Positions 6,900 through 16,320 are shown, counted from the first letter of the stretch. The stretch: 26,055 nt of DNA from Candidatus Bathyarchaeia archaeon (GCA_050012755.1 JBEKGO010000035.1:1-26055); one strand, 5' to 3'. Notes: generated from the letters alone by a model not told the origin. Numbers and translations: made by a program.

Positions 6900-8407
6900 A
6901 GACTTACATAATCCCTGAATACATTGTTGAACGTGATCAAAACCGCTGCATACGCTGCAAAGTATGCGTTAACCAATGCACATACGAAACCCACAGCTAC
7001 GATGCAGAAACCGATACAATTTGCAGTAAAGATGAGAACTGTGTTGACTGCCAGCGTTGCGTAACCTTTTGTCCAACCCATGCAATTACCATAAAAAAGA
7101 ACGCGAACGTTAGCCGAGACAACGCCAACTGGACAATGGAAGCCATTCGAGATGTGAAAAAACAAGCTGAAACTGGCGGAGTCATCTTAACAGGCATGGG
7201 CTGTGACAAACCAGAGTACACTTATTGGGACCGACTGCTCCTAAACGCTAGCCAAGTAACAAACCCGTCAATTGACCCGCTGCGGGAGCCGATGGAAATT
7301 AGAACTTACCTCGGCGCAAAACCAGATAAACTGGAACTACAGGTGGAAAACGGAGAGACAGTTCTAAAAACGAAGCTGGCACCTCAACTTTGCCTTGACA
7401 TACCAGTGATGTTCTCAGCAATGTCCTATGGCGCCATCAGCCTCAATGTGCATGAGGCTTTAGCGCGAGCAGCCACTGAATGCGGCACATACTTTAATAC
7501 TGGCGAAGGCGGCTTAGACAAATCTCTTTACAAATACGGCGACCACACCATTGTTCAAGTTGCATCTGGACGTTTCGGTGTTCATCCTAAATACCTTAAC
7601 GTTGGTGCAGCTGTAGAAATCAAGATTGGGCAAGGCGCAAAACCAGGCATAGGCGGTCATTTGCCGGGTGAAAAAGTAACAGATAATGTAGCTAAAACAC
7701 GCATGATACCAAGCGGCACAGATGCGCTTTCACCTTACCCACAACACGACATCTATTCAATCGAGGACTTACGACAGTTAATTTATGCACTGAAAGAAGC
7801 AACAAACTACACCAAACCAATCTCTGTTAAAATTGCAGCAGTCCACAACGCAGCAGCAATCGCCAGTGGCATGGTACGGGCTGGAGCAGACATAATTGCG
7901 CTTGACGGCGTCAGAGGCGCAACTGGTGCAGCACCTAAAGTTATCAGAGACAACGTAGGCATACCCATCGAATTAGCTCTTGCACAAGTGGACCAGCGGC
8001 TCAGAGAGGAAGGCATACGCAACCAGGCTTCCGTGGTTATTGCAGGCGGCATCAGAGGCAGTGCAGACGTATTCAAGGCAATAGCGCTTGGTGCGGATGC
8101 AGTGTACATTGCAACTGCAGCTTTGATATCTATGGGCTGCACGGTTTGCCAACGCTGCTACACAGGAAAATGCCCATGGGGTATAGCTACAAGTGATCCG
8201 TGGATTAGCAAACGCATCAACCCCGACATCGCTTCAAAACGACTCGTAAACATGCTGAACAGCTGGAGCTTAGAGATTAAAGACATGATGGGCGGTATGG
8301 GAATAAACGCCATCGAAAGCTTACGAGGCAACAGATTGGCGCTCAGAGGCGTCGGCTTATCAAGAGCGGAATCAAGAATCTTGGGCGTAAAATTGGCAGG
8401 AGAATAA
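6896..8407 (+). CDS. Archaeal-type glutamate synthase FMN-binding subunit with N-terminal 2x[4Fe-4S] domain (GltB2-like)
   Basis: AMSYGAIS, NTGEGG, QVASGRFGV, EIKIGQGAKPGIGGHLPGEKV, GCTVCQRCYTGKCPWGIAT; ATGA overlap. Confidence 0.96.
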   Translation: MKTYIIPEYIVERDQNRCIRCKVCVNQCTYETHSYDAETDTICSKDENCVDCQRCVTFCPTHAITIKKNANVSRDNANWTMEAIRDVKKQAETGGVILTGMGCDKPEYTYWDRLLLNASQVTNPSIDPLREPMEIRTYLGAKPDKLELQVENGETVLKTKLAPQLCLDIPVMFSAMSYGAISLNVHEALARAATECGTYFNTGEGGLDKSLYKYGDHTIVQVASGRFGVHPKYLNVGAAVEIKIGQGAKPGIGGHLPGEKVTDNVAKTRMIPSGTDALSPYPQHDIYSIEDLRQLIYALKEATNYTKPISVKIAAVHNAAAIASGMVRAGADIIALDGVRGATGAAPKVIRDNVGIPIELALAQVDQRLREEGIRNQASVVIAGGIRGSADVFKAIALGADAVYIATAALISMGCTVCQRCYTGKCPWGIATSDPWISKRINPDIASKRLVNMLNSWSLEIKDMMGGMGINAIESLRGNRLALRGVGLSRAESRILGVKLAGE

Positions 8408-8408
8408 A

Positions 8409-9215
8409 GTGATGCTACAACAGAAACCGAAACTGGAAATTGAAACAAAATATCTTCCACTCATAAAAAAAGACGACAAAATCCTAAAAATAAATGCAGA
8501 AGGACTCTACTACAGAGAATTAAATGCGCTTCTTAGACAGGCAATCTGCGCAGATGGTCTTGAAAAAATAGAAATCCATAACGTCTGCGGACAACGATAC
8601 ATCGGCACCGACTTGGAGACAAGCATCCAAATAGAAATTTACGGAACACCAGGAAATGATCTTGGCGCCTTCATGAACGGACCAAAAGTAATGGTACACG
8701 GCAATGCTCAAGACGGCTGCGGCAACACAATGAACGAAGGACAAATAATCATACAAGGCCACGCAGGAGACGTAACAGGACACTCGATGAGAGGCGGAAA
8801 AATCTTTGTCCGCGATTATGTCGGCTACAGAGTCGGCATACACATGAAACAATACCAACACAAAATCCCCCAAATAGTCATCGGACACACAGCAGGCGAC
8901 TTCTTAGCGGAGTACATGGCAGGCGGAATCATGATTATCTTAGGCTTAAACCTCAAAGAAGGCGAAAAATGCAACGCAAAATTTGTCGGCACAGGCATGC
9001 ATGGTGGCGTTATCTATGAACGAGGCGAAATCCTTGCACCCGTTAACGGAACAAAAATCATGACAGTCGGCAAACGCGACCTGAAAACCATCGAAGGCTT
9101 AGTCAACGAGTACTGCAGCCACTTCGGCGCTGACCCCAAAGAAATCATGGCGGGCAAATTTAAGAAAATACTGCCAATCTCAAAAAGACCATACGAAAAA
9201 CTATACTCCCACTAA
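8409..9215 (+). CDS. Glutamate synthase GXGXG beta-helix subunit (GltB3-like)
   Basis: GQRYIG, GTPGNDLGAFMNG, GDFLAEYMAGG, GTGMHGG repeats. Confidence 0.92.
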   Translation: MMLQQKPKLEIETKYLPLIKKDDKILKINAEGLYYRELNALLRQAICADGLEKIEIHNVCGQRYIGTDLETSIQIEIYGTPGNDLGAFMNGPKVMVHGNAQDGCGNTMNEGQIIIQGHAGDVTGHSMRGGKIFVRDYVGYRVGIHMKQYQHKIPQIVIGHTAGDFLAEYMAGGIMIILGLNLKEGEKCNAKFVGTGMHGGVIYERGEILAPVNGTKIMTVGKRDLKTIEGLVNEYCSHFGADPKEIMAGKFKKILPISKRPYEKLYSH

Positions 9216-9611
9216 ACCCACATTTTGTTTTCTAAAAATAATCCATTTTTAATTTATCTTTAGTTCTTGTCAAATCAGTTATTGACGGTTTTTTGTGGCA
9301 GGTTCTGCTCTTTGTGGTTTGAGTTGCTTTTTTAGTTTGGCGTTTGTTTCGTTTGCAGGTTGCGTCTAGATTCGTCCCAACTCGTCCCTTTTCGTCTGGA
9401 TCCGTTTTGTTCTGTCGCAAAAAGTCCCTAAAAGTCAGATGAGAACTATTCTATGTGTTTCAATTAAGTAAACAAACCTTGACTAACCTAAGTCAAGAGA
9501 CCTTTACGAATACCCTTTTATCGCTTTGATAACCTAATAGCAAATTGGAAAACGAATGAAAAACTTTCGGAGCATTTGTAGCACGAAGGGTTTGATTGTT
9601 GAGGTGAAGGA

Positions 9612-10823
9612 ATGAAGCATGGGGCATCAAGCGTGTTGAAAGTTGGCTGCATCCTTCTCGCCGTCCTCTTCTTGTTCTATGCTTTATCATTATTGCCTCT
9701 GCCAGTTCAAGCGCAGACGGTGACAGCGACAATACCCGTTGGAACCGCTCCTATAGGTGTGGCTATAACGCCCAACGGCGAAAATGCCTACGTTACAAAT
9801 AACGAGGACAATACGGTTTCAGTAATAAATACAGCTACGAACACAGTAACGGCTACAATACCCGGTTTTAACTACCCTCTTGGTGTGGCTGTAACGCCCA
9901 ACGGCGCATACGCCTACGTTACAAATGATGTTTTTAACGATGGTTCTGTCTCGGTGATAAATACGGCAACGAACACAGTAACGGCTACAATAACTGGTTT
10001 TAACGATCCTACCGCTGTGGCTGTTACTCCCGACGGTGCATACGCTTATGTCACAAATTCAAATGGCTACGCCAACGATTCGGTCTCGGTGATAAACACG
10101 GCAACGAATACGATAACGGCGGCGATAAGTTTAAGCAATCCTACGGGTGTGGCTGTAACGCCCAACGGAGCCTACGCCTATGTTGTAAATGACGGCCGTG
10201 GTGTCTCGGTTATAAACACAACTACTAACACAATAACGGCAAACGTAATTGGTTTTAGCACAGACTATTCTTATGGTGTGGCTATAACACCCGACGGTGC
10301 ATACGCCTATGTCGCAAATTCTGGGGGCAGTTCGGTGTCGGTGATAAGCACGGCTACAAATACGGTGACGACGACGATATCAACCTACTTTGGACCCAAT
10401 ATATTTGGCGCTGAAAGCGCGCCTCATGATGTGGCTGTAACGCCCAACGGCGCATATGCCTACGCAACAAATGTCGCCACCGGTACGGTTTCGGTGATAA
10501 GCACAGCCACGAACACAATAACGACTAATATAACCGTTGGAGGCGAGCCTAACGGCGTGGCTATAACGCCCAACGGCGAATATGTCTACGTAACAAATCT
10601 TGACAGCAATACGGTTTCGGTGATAAGCACGTCGAACGCAATAACTTCACCTACTCCTAATCCAACTGTTTCTCCAACTTCATCCTCAACTCCAACCGTT
10701 CCAGAGTTTCCACTTCTGACAATTCCACTGTTGCTTATCATGATCGCAGTGTTTGGTTTGTTGGTTTACATCAAAAAACGCAAGCTGGCGTTTCACGGTT
10801 TAATTGAGAGGCAAGCAACATGA
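9612..10823 (+). CDS. Surface YVTN seven-bladed beta-propeller protein with PEF-CTERM-like sorting signal
   Basis: Signal peptide, seven GVAVTPNGAYAYVTN...VSVINTATN repeats, Pro/Thr/Ser linker, VPEF + TM helix + KKRK; GAGGTGA upstream. Confidence 0.92.
   Translation: MKHGASSVLKVGCILLAVLFLFYALSLLPLPVQAQTVTATIPVGTAPIGVAITPNGENAYVTNNEDNTVSVINTATNTVTATIPGFNYPLGVAVTPNGAYAYVTNDVFNDGSVSVINTATNTVTATITGFNDPTAVAVTPDGAYAYVTNSNGYANDSVSVINTATNTITAAISLSNPTGVAVTPNGAYAYVVNDGRGVSVINTTTNTITANVIGFSTDYSYGVAITPDGAYAYVANSGGSSVSVISTATNTVTTTISTYFGPNIFGAESAPHDVAVTPNGAYAYATNVATGTVSVISTATNTITTNITVGGEPNGVAITPNGEYVYVTNLDSNTVSVISTSNAITSPTPNPTVSPTSSSTPTVPEFPLLTIPLLLIMIAVFGLLVYIKKRKLAFHGLIERQAT
9715..10630 (+). repeat. Seven intragenic YVTN repeats recognisable at DNA level
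   Basis: GTGGCT(A/G)T(A/T)ACNCCC(A/G)ACGG at 9759, 9885, 10017, 10149, 10278, 10431 and 10557 (spacings 126, 132, 132, 129, 153, 126). Confidence 0.9.
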
Positions 10824-12307
10824 AAAATACCGCTGTCGTTACGTTAATCCTCATTTGCATTATAGTTTTGGGCTCGGTTTCAGGGAGGTCTGTTTTTGTT
10901 AATTCGCAAACTGTCGTTAATACGTCTGTTGCTCTAACTTTGGAGCCTAACCCAGACGTTTTGGGTCAAATCATTACGATTAACGCATCAATTCAGCCAT
11001 CCCCTCCAAGTTCAACCGACGTCTTTCATAACTTAACCGTCAATGTTACGCTACCAGACGGCACTTTGCAAAGGTTGGGTCCTTACACGACTTCTTCAAA
11101 CGGCTCGCTCTCACTAATTTACACTCCAACTGAAATTGGTAAATTCACAATATCAGTAAACTATCCTGGAGAAGCTTTCGACAACAACTCTACTTACTAC
11201 ATGCAAAGTTCAAATTTCACAACATTAAGCGTTCAAGCGCAATCAACTCTTACAATTAATGTACCAAACGATTATCCAACCATTGAAGAAGCCATAAACG
11301 CCGCAACCAATGGAGACACAATACTGGTCAGCAAAGGCACTTACTATGAGACCATCGTCATAAACAAATCCATATCGCTCATCGGAGAAGGCCAAGAAAA
11401 CACTTTCATAAACGCAAACAACGCCACTAATGACATAATCGACATAAATGCAAGCAACGTCACCATTCAAGGCTTCACTATATGCAACAATAATGGCTAT
11501 CAAGCGTCAGTCACCGAACCAAACGGAATACGGGTCGAATATAAGTTAAATGACATTAACATTCTAAACAATACGATATCGTCTATACAATATGGAAATG
11601 CCATTTCGTTTTATTACGATTCAGAATCCAGCATCATAGGGAATAACATGACAGTCCCCGGAGGCATATTTATTGAAGGCGGAAGCGGCAACAAACTAAT
11701 AGACAACACGGTTACTAATGGGGGGTGCCTTCTCACAACCACAAGCCTCAACAACACAATTATTGGAAATTATTTTGGAAATGATACATACAATTATGGG
11801 CTCCAACTTGATAATGACTGTTCAAATAACACAGTTGCAGGTAACACTTTCGCGTATAATGATTATGGTCTTGCTCTTGAGCCGCCTTCAAGCAACCTCT
11901 TTTATAATAATAATTTTGAGAGCAATACGTATCAGGTCTTGCTTTTCGGACGAGAAGGCGATTGGGCTGGACTTATGAATAGTTGGGATAATGGAAACGA
12001 AGGAAACTATTGGAGTGACTATTCAGGAAACGGAAGTCAACCATACGCCATAGTAGCTAATTGGGACCAAAGTGTTGTTTATTATGATTACTACCCACGC
12101 ATTTCCCCATTTAATGCTTCAGTTTCGCCATCTAACCCAACACCAACCCCGACTCCAACTCTTTCTCCAACACCCACATCAATTCCAGAATCCAAGCAAG
12201 TCCTCACCTTTTCCTTTGCATTCCTTGTCACGGTAATCTTAGTTGGAACAACATTGTTTAAGAAAAAGCAATCCAAAAATAAACTGAGAGAATCGGTGCA
12301 AACTTAG
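10820..12307 (+). CDS. Surface protein: Ig-like domain + NosD/pectin-lyase-like beta-helix + PT linker + C-terminal anchor
   Basis: Signal peptide, VPNDYPTIEEAINAATNGDTILVSKGTYYE beta-helix cap, Asn-rich repeats, WDNGNEGNYWSDY, (PT)n, IPES + TM + KKKQ; ATGA overlap with the YVTN gene. Confidence 0.88.
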   Translation: MKNTAVVTLILICIIVLGSVSGRSVFVNSQTVVNTSVALTLEPNPDVLGQIITINASIQPSPPSSTDVFHNLTVNVTLPDGTLQRLGPYTTSSNGSLSLIYTPTEIGKFTISVNYPGEAFDNNSTYYMQSSNFTTLSVQAQSTLTINVPNDYPTIEEAINAATNGDTILVSKGTYYETIVINKSISLIGEGQENTFINANNATNDIIDINASNVTIQGFTICNNNGYQASVTEPNGIRVEYKLNDINILNNTISSIQYGNAISFYYDSESSIIGNNMTVPGGIFIEGGSGNKLIDNTVTNGGCLLTTTSLNNTIIGNYFGNDTYNYGLQLDNDCSNNTVAGNTFAYNDYGLALEPPSSNLFYNNNFESNTYQVLLFGREGDWAGLMNSWDNGNEGNYWSDYSGNGSQPYAIVANWDQSVVYYDYYPRISPFNASVSPSNPTPTPTPTLSPTPTSIPESKQVLTFSFAFLVTVILVGTTLFKKKQSKNKLRESVQT

Positions 12308-12376
12308 ATTAAAAATTCTGTCACTCAAAAAAATTCTGAGTGGTTTGCGAAAGGCCAAGCCCAATTAAAAGGAAGT

Positions 12377-12607
12377 TTAGTAGAAGTTGCGTGCTTCTTT
12401 ACGTTTCTCCGCTTCTTCATAGAAGCGCAGAACTTCATCAATGATTTCAACGTTTGAGAGCAGCATACGTCTGCAACAGTACCGTTTCAAGCCAAGGCTG
12501 TCTAATATGTCGCTTGCGTTTTCGCCTGTTTTGATTCGGCGTGTAAATTCTTCCCATTGGTCTCCAACCAGTTTGCCGCAGGTGAAGCATCTTACGGGAA
12601 TAATCAT
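12377..12607 (-). CDS. rpoN: RNA polymerase subunit N (Rpo10)
   Basis: [12 protein letters not shown]...[11 protein letters not shown]. Confidence 0.98.
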   Translation of the reverse strand: MIIPVRCFTCGKLVGDQWEEFTRRIKTGENASDILDSLGLKRYCCRRMLLSNVEIIDEVLRFYEEAEKRKEARNFY

Positions 12608-12621
12608 TTTGTTTTTTCTCC

Positions 12622-13032
12622 TTACCTATAGCTTTTCTGTTCTTTTGATCGCGCGCCGGCTCCACCGAACTTTTTGGTTTCTTTAGCTCGACTGTCTCCT
12701 GCAATCATTGTTCTGTCATATTCACTGAAAACTGTGCGAAGATGAGTGCTCTTTGTCCATTTAAGTAGTGCATTTGCGACTGCCATGCGGGCTGCTTCCG
12801 CTTGACCCATGTAGCCTCCGCCGCTGGTATGCACATCCATGTCAAGTTGTTGCCAGATGTCTCCGCCTGCTTGCAGTAGCGGCTCCATGATTTTTGCTTT
12901 CGCGATGTCTGGTTCGTAAATTTCAATTGGAGTCATATTTATCCGCACTTTACCAACGCCTTGCTTAACTACGGCGCGGGCAACAGCGGTTTTTCTTTTT
13001 CCACTAACAACTAAAACTTTTTTTGCGGGCAT
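12622..13032 (-). CDS. rps9: 30S ribosomal protein S9 (uS9)
   Basis: [38 protein letters not shown]; start taken at ATG 13032, just after the L13 stop. Confidence 0.97.
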   Translation of the reverse strand: MPAKKVLVVSGKRKTAVARAVVKQGVGKVRINMTPIEIYEPDIAKAKIMEPLLQAGGDIWQQLDMDVHTSGGGYMGQAEAARMAVANALLKWTKSTHLRTVFSEYDRTMIAGDSRAKETKKFGGAGARSKEQKSYR

Positions 13033-13034
13033 AA

Positions 13035-13493
13035 TTATTCCATCCTGTTTCTCCATCCGATTTCTTTTGCCAATTCGCCAAGAGTGAAATGTGGACCCTT
13101 CAGATTGGCAGATGAAGCTTCTTCGAATGTAATCATTTCTTTACCTCTAAGATCTAAAGGTACACCCATGAAAACTCTGAGCCGAGCGTAAGCCGCTTTG
13201 CCTTTGGGCTGCTTATACGGAACCATACCTCTGACAGTTTTTCGTAGAAAACGGTCAGGCCTTCGATAATGGAATGGGCCACGCACCGGAGCACCTACTT
13301 CGAGAAATATGTGGGCTTCCAAGATTTTGGCTTTCTTTTTACCTGAAAAAACTGCTTTTTCAGCGTTTAGAATTGTGACTTCTTCTCCGTTTAGTAATCG
13401 TTTGGCAACTTTGCTGCACATCCTGCCAACTATTAATCCTTCAGCATTTACCAGTGTAACACGACTTTTCATTGATGTTTCCATTTTTCTCAC
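13035..13493 (-). CDS. rpl13: 50S ribosomal protein L13 (uL13)
   Basis: NAEGLIVGRMCSKVAKRLL, GPFHYRRPDRFLRKTVRGMVP; exact start uncertain (13493, 13484 or 13472). Confidence 0.96.
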   Translation of the reverse strand: MRKMETSMKSRVTLVNAEGLIVGRMCSKVAKRLLNGEEVTILNAEKAVFSGKKKAKILEAHIFLEVGAPVRGPFHYRRPDRFLRKTVRGMVPYKQPKGKAAYARLRVFMGVPLDLRGKEMITFEEASSANLKGPHFTLGELAKEIGWRNRME

Positions 13494-13852
13494 CGAATAA
13501 TCCTTACGTTTGCGCCCTTGGGATTCTTCTTCAAGAGCTCAGGAATTGACAGGTATTTTGATTTTGCAGCTGCAAGCTTGTCTTTTGCTTTCTGGGAAGC
13601 GCTAAACGACGCGACTGTTACTGCGTGGTCAATGCTGCCTGACCCGAGAAGTTTGCCTGGAACAACAACTACGTCGCTTCGTTTTGTGTTCCTGTTTACT
13701 GTGCTTAAGTTAACTGAGATACGTTGGCTACGGGTTTTTGAGAGGTATTCTGCTATGTCTAACCAGATACCTGCTTGCTTTTCTCTGCTTTCTTTCTTTA
13801 GAAGACCGATAAGCTTGATTAATTCTGGGTTTGTTGTTTTGGTTTCCTTCAT
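13490..13852 (-). CDS. rpl18e: 50S ribosomal protein L18e (eL18)
   Basis: TNPELIKLI, VVVPGKLLGSG, NPKGANVRII; conserved position. Confidence 0.96.
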   Translation of the reverse strand: MKETKTTNPELIKLIGLLKKESREKQAGIWLDIAEYLSKTRSQRISVNLSTVNRNTKRSDVVVVPGKLLGSGSIDHAVTVASFSASQKAKDKLAAAKSKYLSIPELLKKNPKGANVRIIR

Positions 13853-14676
13853 TGTGGTTCAGCCTTTATTAATTCTTCAAGTTCGTTTAGTTCTTTACCT
13901 AAAATTTTGGTGGCTTCTTTAAGGACGCGTTCTGGCGGAAGTGCACCGGTTGACTCTATATTCATTATGAAAGCGTTCTTTTCCCATTCAACCTTCAAAG
14001 GTGACGGTTTCTTCGGGCAAGCTTCCACACAGTCCATGCAAAGGTTGCAGGCTAAAAGATCTCGGACATCAACTTTTTCATCTTTAATCTCGTAAACTCT
14101 CTTTGGACAGATATCTGCGCATTTTGTGCATTCTTCACATTTCTTTGTCGGAGTGGTTATTTTGGGATAATATTTGTATGCGCACATTGAAACTGGCTGC
14201 CATTTTGCATGGACTTTTCCTCTGCCAAGTCGTGCGTAAGCTTCAAGCTTCAATTTTTGGTTTTTAGCCAATTTTATTATTGGAATTCTATCTGAAACCG
14301 GCATGATTTCTGGGTTGTCAGAAATTATTTCGCCTGAATAAACTGTTCTGGTTCCATCTTTAGCTTCTGCATCTAAAGTTAGGGTTACTCGGCATTCTGG
14401 GCAGCCGAATTCGCTTTGACATTTGCAATCTTCAGGCAGATTATAGGAGTCTAAATCAGTTTTTAGAGGGGTTAAGCCTAGTCGGTGAGCGATTATTTCG
14501 TCCTGTAAGATTGAAGAATTTTCTATCATGACAACTTCTTCAATTGCCATGCATGGAACCTCAGCAAGGGCTATTCGACGCAGAGCGTTCATTAACGGAA
14601 CATCCGCATCTTTAACGACTATGCGGAGGTTAGTATCGTTTTTTTCAAGGATTTCAATTTTCACTTGCTGAGACAC
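13849..14676 (-). CDS. rpoD: RNA polymerase subunit D (Rpo3) with ferredoxin-like insert
   Basis: NALRRIALAEVP, DEIIAHRLGLTP, GRGKVHAKWQPV, two CxxCxxCxxxCP motifs. Confidence 0.97.
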   Translation of the reverse strand: MSQQVKIEILEKNDTNLRIVVKDADVPLMNALRRIALAEVPCMAIEEVVMIENSSILQDEIIAHRLGLTPLKTDLDSYNLPEDCKCQSEFGCPECRVTLTLDAEAKDGTRTVYSGEIISDNPEIMPVSDRIPIIKLAKNQKLKLEAYARLGRGKVHAKWQPVSMCAYKYYPKITTPTKKCEECTKCADICPKRVYEIKDEKVDVRDLLACNLCMDCVEACPKKPSPLKVEWEKNAFIMNIESTGALPPERVLKEATKILGKELNELEELIKAEPQ

Positions 14677-14766
14677 TCCAATAAGTTACATTAATTGCCG
14701 TGCGTTTCAATAGAGATATAGGGGCATTATTTCAATTTTTCTGTCAATAAAGAAGGGAAATTGAGT

Positions 14767-15171
14767 TTAGACTCTTCTTCCTCTTCTGCCGCCAGGTCGT
14801 CTGGTGCCGTCATGGGGAATTGGTGTAACTTCTTCAATGCGTTCAATTCTGAACCCGAATCTTGCCAACGCACGTATGGCTGCTTGTGCGCCCGGTCCCG
14901 GGGTTCTTGGTCCCGAACCGCCTGGCGCTCGCACTTTGATGTGAATTGCTGTTATTCCTTTGTCTCGGGCAACTTCAGCTGCGCCTGTTGCTGCACGCAT
15001 AGCAGCGTAGGGTGATGATTCCATGCGGTCTGCTTTGACGAACATTCCGCCGCTTGTACGGGCGATTGTTTCTGCGCCTGAAAGATCCGTTATATGGATT
15101 AAGGTGTTGTTGTAGGAACTGAAGATGTGGACGATGGCAAATTTCTCGTTACGTTTGCTGTTGGCGCTCAG
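14767..15171 (-). CDS. rps11: 30S ribosomal protein S11 (uS11), probable CTG start, 134 aa
   Basis: Conserved N-terminal [27 protein letters not shown] lies upstream of the track ATG (15045). C-terminus [22 protein letters not shown] at 15171 overlaps the rps4 TGA. Confidence 0.95.
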   Translation of the reverse strand: MSANSKRNEKFAIVHIFSSYNNTLIHITDLSGAETIARTSGGMFVKADRMESSPYAAMRAATGAAEVARDKGITAIHIKVRAPGGSGPRTPGPGAQAAIRALARFGFRIERIEEVTPIPHDGTRRPGGRRGRRV

Positions 15172-15758
15172 AATCTGCCGCCTCCTCTTCCGCCTCTTCG
15201 GCCTCTGGTAGGCTGCCTAATTTCTGGTTGTTTAGCAACCACTGATAATCCCGCGCGCAATGCATGAGTTTGGTTTGCAATTGCACTCTCTGGAGAATAG
15301 ATAACATTTGGTTCATCAGCTTTAGGCACAATGTAGCCTGGAATGGTTACTCGGCGTCCATCGATGGTTATGTGTCCATGAGTTATTAGTTGACGCGACT
15401 GGTAAACTGTTCGCGCCAAACCTTTGCGGAAAACAATTGTTTGCAATCTGCGTTCCAAGATGTCTTCTATAGTTAAGTCTAAAACGTTATCTAATACTGC
15501 AGTATCTTGCAAAATCCCAAGTTTCTTCAGTTTAACTAGTTGCTCATTTTCCATTTTCATTCGTTCTTCAGCAGTTTTACTGATAAGTGAACGAGCGATG
15601 CCCCTGGTTTTTGATAAAGTAGTCTTGAGACGCCAAAGCTCGTGCTTATTTCTTAAGCCGTATTGTCCCAGAAGCTTTAGTTCTTCTTGGAGAATATCTT
15701 TACGCCAACGATACCGGGGCGTATCAAACTTTTTACGTTGCTTCTTTGGATCTCCCAT
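15168..15758 (-). CDS. rps4: 30S ribosomal protein S4 (uS4)
   Basis: [48 protein letters not shown]. Confidence 0.98.
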   Translation of the reverse strand: MGDPKKQRKKFDTPRYRWRKDILQEELKLLGQYGLRNKHELWRLKTTLSKTRGIARSLISKTAEERMKMENEQLVKLKKLGILQDTAVLDNVLDLTIEDILERRLQTIVFRKGLARTVYQSRQLITHGHITIDGRRVTIPGYIVPKADEPNVIYSPESAIANQTHALRAGLSVVAKQPEIRQPTRGRRGGRGGGRF

Positions 15759-15760
15759 TC

Positions 15761-16249
15761 TTATTTGCCTCCTTCAGCGGGTGCTCCACCAGGTTTCTGT
15801 AGGAGGGTCTTCTTCTTTACTCCTAAGGCTTTGCCCGCGCGTCCAGTGGTTTTTGTGTGTTGTCCACGGACTTTTAGGCCGTAAGCATGGCGGTATCCCC
15901 GCCAAGACCTAATGTTTTTAGCTTCATCAATATCCTGTTTTGTTTTCAAAGCAAGGTCAGCACTTAAAAGATGCATGTCTTTTCCAGTTTCCGAGTCTTT
16001 TCGCCTGTTAAACATCCAGTTTGGCACATTATACTTGGCTGGATCTCGGATAACATCCTCTATTTTGGAGACGTCTGATTCTGTTAAGTAGCCTACTCGA
16101 TGGTCAGGGTTTACTCCTGCCTTTTTCAAAACTGCGTTTGAGAGGCTCGTGCTTACACCTTTTATTTGTGCTACCGCGTAAGAAGTCTTAAGGGTACCTT
16201 GAACGTCGGTGCCCATAATACGAAGTATGTAACGATATTCCTGAGACAT
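15761..16249 (-). CDS. rps13: 30S ribosomal protein S13 (uS13)
   Basis: [35 protein letters not shown]. Confidence 0.98.
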   Translation of the reverse strand: MSQEYRYILRIMGTDVQGTLKTSYAVAQIKGVSTSLSNAVLKKAGVNPDHRVGYLTESDVSKIEDVIRDPAKYNVPNWMFNRRKDSETGKDMHLLSADLALKTKQDIDEAKNIRSWRGYRHAYGLKVRGQHTKTTGRAGKALGVKKKTLLQKPGGAPAEGGK

Positions 16250-16304
16250 GCTAAGTTTTCATCCGTTTTTTTGTGTTAAAGCATATAGGGAATAAGTCAG
16301 TATT

Positions 16305-16320
16305 TATTTAAACCTTTTTG
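16305..16320 (-). promoter_or_regulatory. BRE-TATA promoter of the rps13 operon
   Basis: Minus strand CAAAAAGG-TTTAAATA, about 55 nt upstream of rps13. Confidence 0.7.

Noticed and set aside
4031-9215. Selenocysteine or pyrrolysine recoding in the redox operon
   Set aside because: All five ORFs look complete, with no internal TGA/TAG interrupting conserved motifs.
9232-9732. Track ORFs 9232..9420 (-) and 9493..9732 (-)
   Set aside because: Low-complexity or antisense to the YVTN signal peptide, with no motifs; not supported as genes.
9759-10580. CRISPR array or DGR reading of the periodic repeats
   Set aside because: Spacings are multiples of three within one ORF, units are degenerate and about 130 nt long; no cas genes or reverse transcriptase.
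12308-12376. Short direct repeat AAAAATTCTG and two small hairpins between convergent genes; possible att site or tRNA remnant
   Set aside because: No tRNA-like sequence, no integrase, no matching left-hand copy found; consistent with an ordinary termination region.
14717-16290. Shared CCCTATAT (minus strand) upstream of rpoD and rps13
   Set aside because: Only 8 bp, at different distances from the likely TATA boxes; may be chance or TATA-like sequence.
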